DNA of 64,000 nucleotides from contig NC_047067.1 in the NCBI RefSeq assembly GCF_902459465.1, positions 15,190,001 to 15,254,000 on the forward strand, in the 5' to 3' direction. Positions 35,530 through 48,269 of this stretch are shown here, piece by piece. Both the position numbers and the translations under genes were made by a program. Position 1 is the first letter of the stretch; each line of letters opens with the position of its first letter. The notes under the pieces were generated by a model that worked only from the letters and a program-made list of their open reading frames with translations, was not told the DNA's origin and did not search any database. The stretch comes from Asterias rubens (taxonomy: Eukaryota).

Positions 35530-36651
35530 TTACGCTTTTGGCTCTAAATCCACGGGAATCTTTGGTCCTTCATGTTCGATATTGTCGTTGTTCTCCTGTA
35601 TACCTCCACGGTTGTTGGTACAGCAGAAATATGTTGTTTTAATCTCACAATCATTCAGTCGAAAACAAAACCGCGGTATCATTTTCTTACACAATTCATC
35701 AAGTCTGTCGTGGTATGTCTTATTCATGAGGAAGTAAATCACAGAGTTGAAGAACCCATTGGACACGAGTAGCAAGCGACTCGTGGAGAGAATTTCGTGT
35801 GGTAGTTCCACCTTGACAACCGATATGAGAAAGGCTACACAGAAGTACGGCAACCAGCTGACAAGCACGGCAATCGTCATAACCCTTACCATTTGGAACA
35901 GTTTCAACGTCTTCTTACTGGTTGCTGCTCTGTTGGTCGAACCCGGTTGGCTTGGGGATGGGGTTGTAGCAACAATCGCCATGTTGGCACGGATACGGTC
36001 GCTTGATTTTAGTGTCCGAGTTACTATACAAGAAGTCACAGATACGATGATGATGTCTGGTATTAAAATGACGAACAACACAAACGCGATCAGCACTGGC
36101 TCGCCCAGGAACGCAATCGTGCATGTATGCAACGCCGGTACGTACTCATAAGAAGCAACATCAGTTAATGTAGTCACATACGCCAGAGCAATACCAACCC
36201 AGCTGACTACCACACAAGTCAATGTGACTTTCTTTGTGACAAACCTGGAATATTTGAAAGGGTGATCAATAGCGATGTAGCGTTCAATGGCAAGGAAAGT
36301 CAGAGTAGTCCCCGATGATGTAATGAACACTTGCCCAAAATACGCAGTCAGTTTACACGCCGTGTCTCCGTATGGCCAAGCCTCTGGCGTTACAAGAAAA
36401 GTAGCCATTGGGTAGATGGAGAAACATGATATAATACCAGTTCCAAAATCAGCAATTGCGAGAGATATCAGGATTATTCCGTGACCATTCCGGAAGGATG
36501 GAGTCAACAAAAAGACAAATAAGTTCCCAAAATTTCCAATCAAGATGAGAAACGTTATTGCGATGACAAACATGAGATCCATGTAGCATAGTGTCGGGTA
36601 CCGACAGAGGTTCAGACATGAAGAATTACCATCACATGTCAAGTCATCCAT
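35530..36651 (-). CDS. Rhodopsin-class GPCR 7, single coding exon, 373 aa
   Basis: Open 7TM frame with LAIAD, WPYG-C, ERY, SWLP and NSVIY. Confidence 0.93.
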   Translation of the reverse strand: MDDLTCDGNSSCLNLCRYPTLCYMDLMFVIAITFLILIGNFGNLFVFLLTPSFRNGHGIILISLAIADFGTGIISCFSIYPMATFLVTPEAWPYGDTACKLTAYFGQVFITSSGTTLTFLAIERYIAIDHPFKYSRFVTKKVTLTCVVVSWVGIALAYVTTLTDVASYEYVPALHTCTIAFLGEPVLIAFVLFVILIPDIIIVSVTSCIVTRTLKSSDRIRANMAIVATTPSPSQPGSTNRAATSKKTLKLFQMVRVMTIAVLVSWLPYFCVAFLISVVKVELPHEILSTSRLLLVSNGFFNSVIYFLMNKTYHDRLDELCKKMIPRFCFRLNDCEIKTTYFCCTNNRGGIQENNDNIEHEGPKIPVDLEPKA

Positions 36652-39527
36652 TTTGTATTTTAAACCACTTACTGGCGGATCACACAGTGCCCTTGCAGTG
36701 CTAACTTATTACCTTTTAATGGTGTTGTAATTTGAAAGTTTGTTGAGGCACAACCCATGCAGTTTTTGGTCGAAACCAATCAGGAAGTAAAATTTGAACT
36801 CACCTTTCAACAGTTTCAGTTTTCAACGACCTTCAAACAGCCACGGGGTCATATGACGTAGACAACGCTATTGTGTTTTTGCTTCAAGTGGTGACAAACA
36901 CAGGCACTCTAGTAATAAAGTGTTTGTTAATATACACATGCTTTGGAGCATGGTCACAGTGACCTGAAAATATTGACGATTATGTTTGTTTATTTGAGCA
37001 TTTAATACAGTTATTCGACGTGTTTAATCATAATGTGAACAACCATGGAGGTAGATGGAACAACAGTGTGTAAATAACTTGATTCATAGCGATCCGTGTT
37101 TTTACTCGGACCAACATTTAAATAGTTCCATTTGTTTACCTTTTCCTGCTGGCTAATCATTACCTTTAAAGGCAGTGGACACTATTGGTAATTGTCAAAG
37201 ACTAGCCTTCACAGTTGATGTATCTCAACATATGCATAAAATAACAAACCTGTGAAAATTTGAGCCCAATCGGTCATCGAACTTGCGAGATAATAATGAA
37301 AGAAAAACCACCCTTGTCACACGAAGTTGTGTGCGTTTAGATGGTTGATTTCGAGGCCTCAAGTTCTAAACCTGAGGTCTCGAATTCAAATTCGTGGAAA
37401 ATTACTTCTTTCTCGAAAACTATGGCACTTCAGAGGGAGCCGTTTCTCACAATGTTTTAAACTATCAACCTCTCCCATTACTCGTCACCAAGAAAGGTTT
37501 TATGCTAATAAATAATTTGAGTAATTACCAATAGTGTCCACTGCCTTTAAGAAGACTGATACTAGCATTTTCATCCAAATAAGGTGATCTTAATTTAGAC
37601 TTTAGATTATAAGGTGTTCCACTGAACTTAATAAGGGCTGTTTTTTTTTTTGCTTCATGCTATGCACACCAATCGTAGTATATTGAAACAGTAGAGACGG
37701 GGAGAAGCTTGCCCCTAATATGGTGTAATCGACGTCATGGCGTCGCCCGATAAATACAATATCGGCATTGCACATTTTGATCATTTGCAGAATCAAGGTC
37801 CCCGCCTACATTACATGCTAAGTGTGCACCCAACTATAGGGAGAAAACAGAGCGGCTATCCCCTCAGCTTCGCTTCGGTCTTCTTCATGGTTTTGACATC
37901 ACCGTGGGCCTATAATTATACCCCTCATAGCGGTCAATATTTCCATATAAGTGGGGTGCACTCTTCAGGCTAAGACTCTTGGAGAACATGGGGTTGTTCA
38001 AGTATACATGAATGAGGGCGTTTTAGCTTCATCCGTAAATGTAGCAATGGACCTTTTCACAACCAATCGCGCAAACGCTAACTGTTGAACGAGGAACATG
38101 CTAGTCTAGCTAGCGATCAAGCTAGCATGCACCTCATTACACGCCTACGTGGGCATACCCAGTTTATTGCAATAAGGTCCATTACATAGCTAACCACAGT
38201 GGCTAAAATATTGGTTGTTTTTTAAATTATCTTCAGTCGTAAATTGTTTTCTCTTTCTTTGTTATTTAACTATTTTTTTAAATAAGTTTGTGGACTGATG
38301 TTTCGACTCTTGCAGTCTTCCTCGAAGACTATTGGCAACACAACATACATCAAAAGTTAATGCCTATCTACTAGTGTAACAGAATACGTCAATGATGTTT
38401 AAAGGCAATTAACACTATTGGTAATTACTCACAAATAATTGTTAGCACTAAATATTTACTTGGTAAAGAGCAATGTAGAGCTGTTGATAGTATAAAACAT
38501 TGTGAGAAACGGCTCCCTCTAGTAACGTAGTTTTTGAGAATGAGGTATTAACTTATCACGAAAATATTTGACTTGAATCTCGAATTCAAGAAATCTGACA
38601 AAACTTGTGTAGCGACATTGGTATTTTTTATTCCATTATTCTCTCGAAACTTCGTCGATTAAATTGAGTCGAAGTTTTCAAGACTTTGTTATTTCCTGCA
38701 TATTTTTTTGGAATGAGAATATTGGTCTTTGGCAATTACCAAACGTGTCCAGTGTCTTTAATTAAGTTGAAATAAGGGGCGTATAAAAGTGCCCATAGAA
38801 AAGCAAGGGATGAACGTTGAAGGAAACTTGATACAAAACAATAAACACTGAAATACCAGGATCAGTCTCAGACTTGTCCCCAGGGCAGGTGATGGATTGT
38901 ATGTATACACGTGTATGTCAGAATTAAATGCAAATCCCAAGAACCTCGAAAGCCAGGTGATTGATGCGAAGTCAAAGATGATTGTGGACGACGGCTCAAC
39001 GGCAGAACGCTGGCGTAATTCACAAGTGTGGTATGAGATGTTCAGGCAGGGTCTCTACTGAGCCTGACCTGATAGTTAACGTCTTTTCTTGTGATGAAGG
39101 CTACGATTCTGATTACATAATTGGTTGTCTCGTTTTGTATTTATTGGATGTGCTAATTAAAGCTCCATTAGCAGAGTCCTTCAAAGAAGAACATTCATTG
39201 CAGCCAGACATTTATGAGGTCTGTGTAAATGTCTTGTATTTGCAAAGTGCTCTCTGGAGGGTGATGCCGTGGAAACAGCTTCAAAATGAGTAGGATTTGA
39301 AACATTGCAGTGTGAAAATTGTAGTAAGGTTTGCAGTAACACGTAGCGATAATATCTAATTGAGCTGGGTGGTTCAAAAGAACCGTATGTTTCAACGCAA
39401 CGTTTCGAGCTATGCTCTGATCGACTTCTGGATAGGGCTGTACTCTGACGATGCATGCTGCTTAATTCAGTACCGGTGGTGCGGGTTGGCTTGCTGATGC
39501 ACGAAGGCGGGAAATAATGGCTTGAAA

Positions 39528-40631
39528 ATGGATTCTCAGACGGAAAAGAACATGACATTTGAAGCTACAAATACAACAATTCTAGCGTGTGGATTGACCG
39601 GATTCAAACCGTTCTCTGGATCAACAGGGCAACTGATTACAGTAATCGCCACAACTGTCTTCATTTTGGCGGGAAATGCAATCAATTTGGCCATTTTGGG
39701 TACAACTAAGTCACTCCGCACTGCGCATGGTTATCTCCTGTCAGCACTTGCCATTGGTGGATTCATAGTTGGATGTAATGCTACACTATCCATCTACCCA
39801 GTTGTGACAAAATGCTGGTTGTACGGGACCATCATTTGCCAGTTATCTGCATATTTATTCGAATTCTGTATGGTTTTCAATCTCTTTATCGTGGTTCTAC
39901 TGAGTGGAGAGAGGTACATTGCCATTGTACATCCATTGAAATACAGAGTACTCATCACTAAAACTAAGACCAAGATCGCCATTGGTGTCAGCACGATGAT
40001 TTCTTGTGTGTTTCTAACCATACTCGCAGTAACACAGCCAGAATTCAAGTACAAACCACGCCAATACGTTTGTCGCCGTACTAAAAATGATGACATTCGT
40101 GGGGCATTTATGGCTCTATCGTCCATATTGTTGATTTTCAGCTTTGCCGTGGTGAGTTATACCTCCGTTACAATGTTAAGGGCAGTGGTGCGACGGTCAA
40201 ATGAAAGCAAACGTTTATTTGAGGGCGTGCACGCATCACATCTACAATCTAACGCGTCCATGGTGTCCGCACAAAACTCTCGCATCTTCAAAGTAACTGT
40301 GCTCATAGCAACTACGTTCTACATCTCATGGATACCAGCTATCGTCGGTGCCATGTTGAATGTTGCAGATCCAAACATTTTGGAAAGTTCACCAATCTTT
40401 GAATTCGCTGCACAGTGGCTGCTCATCTCAAACACGCTCTTCAATACATTGATTTACTTTTTCATGTTGAAGCTCTTCCGTGTCCGCGCCAAGGAGATCT
40501 CTGCACAGCTGTGTTGTTGTCTGTGTTTTGTCGTGAAGGGAATAAGGAGGGCAGATCCGAGCACAAACTCTGACAGTAGACTAGCTATCGAACTTACCGT
40601 TTTCCAAAAAGGTACCACATCTAATGTATAG
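39528..40631 (+). CDS. Rhodopsin-class GPCR 8, duplicate of GPCR6, 367 aa
   Basis: Open frame. Differs from GPCR6 by one P>T change in the N-terminus and one visible synonymous change. Confidence 0.92.
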   Translation: MDSQTEKNMTFEATNTTILACGLTGFKPFSGSTGQLITVIATTVFILAGNAINLAILGTTKSLRTAHGYLLSALAIGGFIVGCNATLSIYPVVTKCWLYGTIICQLSAYLFEFCMVFNLFIVVLLSGERYIAIVHPLKYRVLITKTKTKIAIGVSTMISCVFLTILAVTQPEFKYKPRQYVCRRTKNDDIRGAFMALSSILLIFSFAVVSYTSVTMLRAVVRRSNESKRLFEGVHASHLQSNASMVSAQNSRIFKVTVLIATTFYISWIPAIVGAMLNVADPNILESSPIFEFAAQWLLISNTLFNTLIYFFMLKLFRVRAKEISAQLCCCLCFVVKGIRRADPSTNSDSRLAIELTVFQKGTTSNV

Positions 40632-41810
40632 TATTGATATATTGCTGGTGACCTGTCTTAAAAAGAGTTTGCTCCAAGACAATGTGACACTAAAAACTGG
40701 CGTCTCGATTGACTTTCTTCAATTTTTTTTTCTCGTAATATTCCTCAACTCGGTCTTATTTTGTTAAAGGCAGTGGACACTATTGGTAATTACTCAAAAT
40801 AATTATTAGTATATTGGTGACGAGTAAACGGCTCCCTCTGAAGTGCCACAGTTTTTGAGAAAGAAGTAATTTTCCACGAATTTGATTTCGAGACCTCAGA
40901 TTTAGAACTTGAGGTCTCGAAATCAACCATCTAAACGCACACAACTTCGTGTGACAGGGGTGTTTTTTCTTTCATTGTTATCTCGCGAGTTCGATGACCG
41001 ATTGAGCTCAAATTTTCACAGGTTTGTTATTTTATGCATATGTTGAGATACACCAACTGTGAAGGCTAGTCTTTGATAATTACCATTAGTGTCCACTGCC
41101 TTTAAAGGCAATTCCTATTTGATGATTTATTTTGTCAAATAAGCCATTTGCAAGTTAGATATGAATAGTGTCTGGTACAATGGCTTGCTTTGATCCGGAG
41201 AAGCTCGGTGTTAAATTATTCCTCAACACCGAGATTCTCCGGATTAAAGTGTAGCGTGAAGGGACTTTAGTCACAATGTACCGTTTACATTTAGATGTCA
41301 AATGGTTCGGGCAAGCTTGCGTAACAACCTCCAGATGAGCAGAACCTGGTAACATTGTGACATACACATCCATTCAGAATCATGTAGAGTTTTCACTGTC
41401 TCTTACGCACCTAGGCAAAAGCTTGCCCTAATGCCCTAATCATGTGACAATGGCAAATGTCTCGATAGTCAATTCAATTTTAGTGGTAACTTGTCATCAA
41501 GCACGTCATTGTAACAGACAACATTATAATTTAACACACAAAATAATTACTTATTGGTTGACTTGGTGTATTTATGTGGAAAATAGGAGTGGAGGCTCAT
41601 ATTGAATCTAATCTGCTGTTTTTAAATACTATATTTCTTATGCCGTTCCTTTCATTACATTCATTCAAATGTATATTTATTTCAAAAAATACTTAATGGC
41701 CTGACGTTTCGACCTTATCAGAGTCTTTCTCGAAGGCTATTTATTTCCTTACTTCATGAAAACAGAGCGCAAACACTTTTTTTAAAAGAACAACCAATAA
41801 ACAAAGCTAT

Positions 41811-42188
41811 TTAAAGGGAAGGTACAAGTTTGGTAATTACTCAAAACAAATATTAACTTAAAAACTTACTTGGTATAACGAGCATTGGAGAGCTGTTGGT
41901 GAGTATAAAACATTGTGAGAAACGGCTCCCTCTGAAGTAGCATGGATTTTGAGAAAGAGGTAATTTCTCACTAAAATAATAAAAGACTTCTAGCTAGAAG
42001 TCTTTTATTCCTATCTACAAGCACAAAAATTCGCCCAACGAGGGTGTTCTTTCTCTCATCATTTTCTCGCAACTTCGATGGCCAATTTAGCTAAAATTGT
42101 CACAGGCTTGTTATTTTATGCTTATCTTGGTATACACCAAGTGAGAAAACTGGTCTTTAACAATTACCAACAGTGTACCTTCCCTAAT
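41811..42188. mobile_element. Kolobok-type MITE, family B
   Basis: TTAA-AGGGAAGGTACAAGTTTGGTAATT ... AATTACCAACAGTGTACCTTCCCT. Confidence 0.8.
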
Positions 42189-43811
42189 AATGAGGCAGAG
42201 AAAAATAAATAAACTAATAATCTACAGAAAGATCAAGTCCGACTGATCATAGTTTTGCTTATAAGATTCACCTGCAATATATTGATCAAAGGAATTGGCT
42301 GAAGTTAAAAAACACTGTTAACATTACCAATGGGTCTTTGAAATCAAGTCTCCTCAAATCAAAGTGCGCCCACTTGTGACAGGATTTGTCATTACGAGCC
42401 TACTGTTGACTATACAGGAATCTGTATCTGGGTGTTTGTTTGAATGTTTTAAAGGATCTTTAAAATTTGTACACACCATAAGTCACAAATTGAATTGCAA
42501 ATAGTATTTTCGCCATGATGAAATGGTAAGACTGACTTGCATTCGAAGGTTGTGGGTTCGAATCCCCAAGCTAACCGCTGATTTCACAATGGTTAGAATA
42601 AGTATTGTCGTAGTTATTTAATCACAGTTTATATATCTATTCATAATCACACAGGGTCTACATTAAATACAAGATTTCGTTTTACCCAAAATACAGCCTT
42701 TGTGTAACTTTTTTCTTTTTTTTCATTTTTGAAACGCGCTAGACTTTTAGCGTCTATAACTGGCAGTTCTTATAGCAACTTCCTTAGCAACAGTCGTATG
42801 CGTAGCCGTAGCATGTAGTTGCCAATTCTGACACGGCCATAGACATGGCGGTAAGGTATAGACGGAAGTATACTCCAGATTTATATAGTTTCAAGTTATC
42901 TTTTAGTAACGCGATAACAACAAACAGTTCATTGTTAATCATTAAATTGATGAATACAATTAACATTTGAACAATTCAAATATTCCACCGAATTGTACAC
43001 CCATCACTTTATTCCATAGGGCATAGACCTTGAAATAACTGCCAAACGACAAATGAAATGCTTTTTTTGAGAGAACGAGAAACATCTGTGTCAAATGGCA
43101 GCGCTTTCATGTCAAACACAAACAGATTTGCAGCGACGGCTTTTTATAGTAAAATTTCCATGAAGCAGATTGCATGTGGCTATAACCGTTACTACACTAA
43201 CAGATCGACCACCTTGCGAACGGCTGGACGTTTTGTTTCAATTTGCAGACAATTCTCTTTAAGTTATAAGAGCAGACCCATAAAACAAAGGAAACTTATT
43301 GTGTCACACCCAGCCGGCTATGTATACAAAGGAAGTATGCATGGACGAGCAGCATACGTCGCCATCATTCATTACAAAACATAACAAATTGCCCCATTCC
43401 GGAAAGAAAGGGTAATTGTTTTTGCTTCATTTGCTAATTTGCCCGTCAAAGCGAACACACCCATGTCTTTACAGCCCAATAAGTAATAGAAGTAACATTT
43501 CTGATGTAATTAATTAATAAGTGACGGGATAGTGTAACGATGACGTCAACACTCATATCGCTTCGCTGGTGATCAGCGAAAGTTGAATAAACGAGGAGTG
43601 TATGCCATAATGATATTTCATCTGGTATCTCATGCCAGGATAAGTTCATTGGTCAACGCAAGTGGGCGTTTCTTAAAATAACTTGATAAAAGCTTCGACC
43701 TTGCCTGGATCCGTTTTACTTGTGGTTATTTCTAGCTCTAGAGAGAACAAGTTACAATTTGGTATCTAATAAGTTCGTGTTTTTCTGTGCTACCGTTATA
43801 AAGACTTTAAA

Positions 43812-43887
43812 ATGGCAACGTACGTGATTTTGGGAGTTATGGTCATGGTAATGTGTGTCAATGGAGGCAGTGACCGCTACGTTAAAG
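43812..43887 (+). CDS. Secreted Kunitz/antistasin protein, predicted exon 1 (signal peptide)
   Basis: AAAATGG start; MATYVILGVMVMVMCVNGGSDRYVK plus 1 nt, then a GTAGGT donor (phase 1, compatible with the Kunitz exon). The link across the 8.8-kb intron is inferred. Confidence 0.7.
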
Positions 43888-43919
43888 GTAGGTACAGTTA
43901 TATTAATAATGGTGGCTTC

Positions 43920-44304
43920 CTATAATTAAATAGCGCGCATATCCGTCAACATTCGGTATTTTCCTGTAAGGTATGTGGGACTACATTTGAAATATGAGGC
44001 CTTTACTCCTTATACATAGCACCATGTAATGGTTTGCAAGGTGCTGTGGCGCAATAAACTGTCAATCAAACCAGGAACACCGGGGCGAACACCCTCTCTT
44101 TTCGACAAGTGCACTTGGTTATTTTACGTGCGTTACACAACACACGGGACCAACGGCTATACGTCCCCCCACCCGAAGGACGAAGCATCGATGGGTGTCT
44201 TTCTTTAGGACACAAGTGTCACGACTGGGACTCGAACCAACTCTGCGGACCAGAAACACCAGAGTTTGAGTCCGGTGCTCTTAACCGCTAGGCCAGGACA
44301 CGCC
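43920..44304 (-). mobile_element. Near full-length tRNA-derived SINE
   Basis: Head GGCGTGTCCTGGCCTAGCGGTTAAGAGCACCGGACTC (A-box), GGTTCGAGTCCC (B-box), central GCACGTAAAATAACC block, and a GCGCTATTTAATTA tail. Confidence 0.85.
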
Positions 44305-46242
44305 AAGGAGAATAAATCAGTGTTTTCCCCAAAAATAATTACAAAGCTAATATAAAATCAAATAAAACGTAAAGTTTATTAGATTGCACGCCTATACCGT
44401 CTCATTTCGAAAGTAAAAATGTATATTTTGATAGAGGAATGTGTACAAAACAAACTCTGCGAAAGCTGATCAGCTTTTCATTACGTTTGATTATCGTAGT
44501 GATTGTTGGGAAGATTTGTTTCGTCCCTGTGGTGAAATCGATAAGAGTCCGGTGGTCCATTCTAGATTTTTCTTGAATTTACAGTTTTTTCTGGAAAGCC
44601 ACAATGTCACATTATATGATACTCTGTGCTCCTGCATAAGTGTGATGTTTCACAAAGGTGATATTGTTTTTACCATAGCAGAAGAGTTATAGTGAGAAAG
44701 ATATTGGGTATTTATATTAGAAAATATGGAACTTTCAAGAATAATTCGCCTCTCATAACTTTCCTGGTTCAAAATCCGGCTAAGGTTATGAGTATAAGAT
44801 CGAGTGTTTATTCTATTCTATGCTATGAGAGTTTTCCCCAGGCCCGCCAGTTTTTCCTCCTTCCGGAAATAACAAACACTTTCGATATATTACGGATGTG
44901 GTAATTGCAATGGGTCGGTGTGGCTTGCTGCCATACGACAGCCCTGCTGCGAACGCATTTCACAGGGTGCTGAAGTATAGTATCGCCACAGTTGCTTGAA
45001 AAAACCCATACATGTACGTCCCGTTTATAGTTATTTCCTTGGTTTAGTTAAGAAAGATTTGATTGATGTTTTATAGTCAATTCAGTCAGTGTCTTATTCT
45101 AATGTCAAACCTAGGCCCATCAAGTCCATGATTGCATCAAGGATTCAGACGGGACTGTAATAATAGGCCTACTCTTATGGCAAAACGATAACAAAAGCAA
45201 AATAATTATATATGTTTGAAAAACAAAACAACTCACCAGCTGAAAGTGTGCATATTTGGTAATAGTTATCATTTCATATAACCTTCTCTATGGTAAAATG
45301 AAAATGAAGGCAGCTTGTGAAATAAGTTTACAAAAATCTACTATCACAAAACGTTGTTTTAAGCGAGACCTAAAACGACCATTACACAAACAGACACTGT
45401 AAAAAAGTGTCGAAAGCGCCTCTGGCGTTCAACCCAAAAATGCCAGTTTTGATCCCAAGTATGTCAACTCCCTGACCCCCTGTCATTCTTTGTTGAAAAG
45501 AGTCGAGAAACACTCAGATAAATAACTTTGACAACAATCGCTTTACAAAAATCAAAATTTTCCTGTGCTATCACAAAAAATCTTTAAAGAAGTTGTACTG
45601 AAACATATATAGTTCTGAAAAGTTCTTAACAATATATTTTTGTTATCGTACATTTTGACAGTAGTTTAATATTTCGAGCGTGTCGATAGTACATTTTGGG
45701 CCATGTGCAGTTTGAAATCGTTTGATTCTTTTGTATACATTTTAAATAATTGTAGTAAGAAAGTTTCCTAAAATAGTCAGAGAATGGTCAGAGAAACACT
45801 GTCCATTCCACCTTGTACAACAACATACAATCTTATTATGAAACATTTATTTTTGATTATTTAAATGAGCATTTTATAATTAAGGTAAATTCTCCGAAAG
45901 CAATGGTTGTAAGCCTCCTGCGAAATGATTTTGTTTGAAGTGCCCCCGTTGAGTAGAAATCAATTATGTAAACGAAATTCAATCTCAAATGATCGCCTTC
46001 AGGCGATTTGTTGAGATTCAAATGTCCATGGTGTCCGTTTGTGAATACTGCGGTCAGAGATGCGGTTGGTACCCGCTGGCACCTTGCAAACTATTTTTTT
46101 ATGAAAATACCTTGATGAGTTATTGGCTGTTTTCTTAACAAAGGCACTGTATTCAACTGAAACTTTCACATGTGAATTGTATTGTATTGTATTTGTGTTG
46201 ATGATTTGGCCTGTACATGAACATTATGTTGACAAAAACCAC

Positions 46243-46595
46243 TTAAAGGGAAGGTACACGTTTGGTAATTGTCAAAGACTTGGTGTACTTGGTGTATCCC
46301 AACATAAGCATAAAATAACAAACCTATGAAAATTTGGGCTAAATTAGTCATCGAAGTTGTGAGAAAATTGTTTGAGAAAAAACACCCTTGTTGACGAATT
46401 TGTGTGCTTACAGAAAGGAATAACAGACTTCTGGCTAGAAGTCTTTTATTATTTTAGTGAGAAATTACCTCTTTCTCAAAATCTATGCTACTTCAGAGGG
46501 AGTCGTTTCCCACAATGCGTTGTACTATCAACAGCTCTCCAATGCTCATTACCATGGAAGTTTGAGTAATTACCAAACGTGTACCTTCCCTTTAA
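46243..46595. mobile_element. Kolobok-type MITE, family B
   Basis: TTAA-AGGGAAGGTACACGTTTGGTAATT ... AATTACCAAACGTGTACCTTCCCT-TTAA. Confidence 0.9.
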
Positions 46596-47182
46596 TGATA
46601 CACCTTTCAAGTTAAAACAAATAAATAAATAAATAAACCAGCATCGGTCAAATAAAACTAAACACATTTTAACAGCACTCTAGTTTGACCCAAAAAACAT
46701 AAACAAAATCCGGTGCAATGAAAATTCCAGAAATACTACACCAACAAAGAGTTATTCAGCAATGTTGAATAGATATTATATTAGTGTATATTTTCAACCA
46801 TTTACAAGCAACAATGAAGACATTGTCCATATCAGACAGTATTCAACAACAGTCTGGCAAATGGCGACCAGAACTTGATCACTTCATTTTAATGTTTGTG
46901 TCTCTAAACATTACCAGAAGCTTGATGCGTAGACAGATGTATGTATTGGTAACCCCAAAAGTCTATACTAAAATTAAAATAACACGAAATGCAAAATAAA
47001 CAATAAAAACACGGGCCCTACACCACTACTTAATCATTACTTTGTGTAATTTGTCAAATTCCGTTCGGAAAAAAAGGTTATAGAAATAGGGTAAAACGAA
47101 TAGTGGATGGAACTCCAAAACAAACCGCGTCACAATATGTAGCCACTTCAAATTTGTTTCTAAAACCCAACAATCGATGATA

Positions 47183-47568
47183 TTAAAGGCAGTGGACACT
47201 ATTGGTAATTGTCAAATACTAGTCTTCGTAGTTGGTTTATCTCAACATATGCATAAAATAACAAACCTGTGAAAATTTTAGCTCAATCGGTCACCTAACT
47301 TGCGAGATGATAATGAAAGAAAAACCACCCTTGTCACACGAAATTGTGTGCGTTTAGATGGTTGATTTCGAGACCTCAAGTTCTAAATCTGAGGTCTCGA
47401 AATCAAATTCGTTGAAAATCACTTCTTTCTCGAAAACTATGGCACTTCAGAGGGAGCCGTTTCTCACAATGTTTTATACCATCAACCTCTCCCCATTACT
47501 CGTATTCAAGAAAGGTTTTATGCTAATAATTATTTTGAGTAATTACCAATAGTGTCCACTGCCTTTAA
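47183..47568. mobile_element. Kolobok-type MITE, family A
   Basis: Perfect TTAA-AGGCAGTGGACACTATTGGTAATT TIR and TSD. Confidence 0.9.
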
Positions 47569-48269
47569 GCCCCTAATCACAGTATTCTCAAACGAACCAT
47601 TAGCAAGAGTGATAGCGAGGCTAAGGTCTCAAACTACGAGTTGGGAATCCATTTGGAAAGTGATCCAAATAAATTTTCCATTCTTATAGGCCTATCGCAA
47701 CAGTTTCTTGGCAACATTGGTTTGTTTCTGTTATGTTTTAGTGGTTGCTATACGAAATAATTTCTTAATTAGAGCTGACTTCCTGCTTGGAAGACACAAC
47801 AAAACGTATTTTGCCTAAACACATGACAATTCAATTAGAACAGCGGATAATATTTCCGTAAATCTTTGGGAGCGCAGTTATTAAGTTACTCGCCTCAATG
47901 GGCACAAATTTAATAAAGACATATTCATTAATTGGGCCACCATATTCGGCAAGATCGTAGTCTTTGTCCAAGACGTCACTATACCATACTCGTAATGTAA
48001 CGGTTCTATGTTACCGAGGCTGATACATAATCCATGCAAAGTTCTTGTAACCAAGACTAGCAAGATTGCTGACATTATTCCAAATGTTTCTGCAGGAGTA
48101 AGCGGTATGTCAGTCCTCGTGTTTTTCAAACAGATTAAATTTCAAAGAGTGGATTTTGCCCCCACTAATTTTTCTTGTACTTTCGCGCCATGTGGTCACC
48201 ATACCATGGTTGCCCAACCGTTTCAAGTAGACGATTTTGATTCGGTACTTTGCTTTGGGACAAAGTGTT

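Larger units (their letters stand above)
33373..41568. repeat. Tandem segmental duplication, copy 2 (8196 bp; GPCR7 + GPCR8)
   Basis: Begins ATAAAAGAGTAGTGACTC directly after GTTGACTTGGTG and ends GTTGACTTGGTG at 41568. It has an extra 22-bp segment at 41141-41162. Confidence 0.97.

Noticed and set aside
46003-46068. Extra phase 1-1 exon candidate (DLLRFKCPWCPFVNTAVRDAV) for the Kunitz gene
   Set aside because: Weak donor (GTACCC), poor pyrimidine tract, located in a small hairpin, and no domain similarity.
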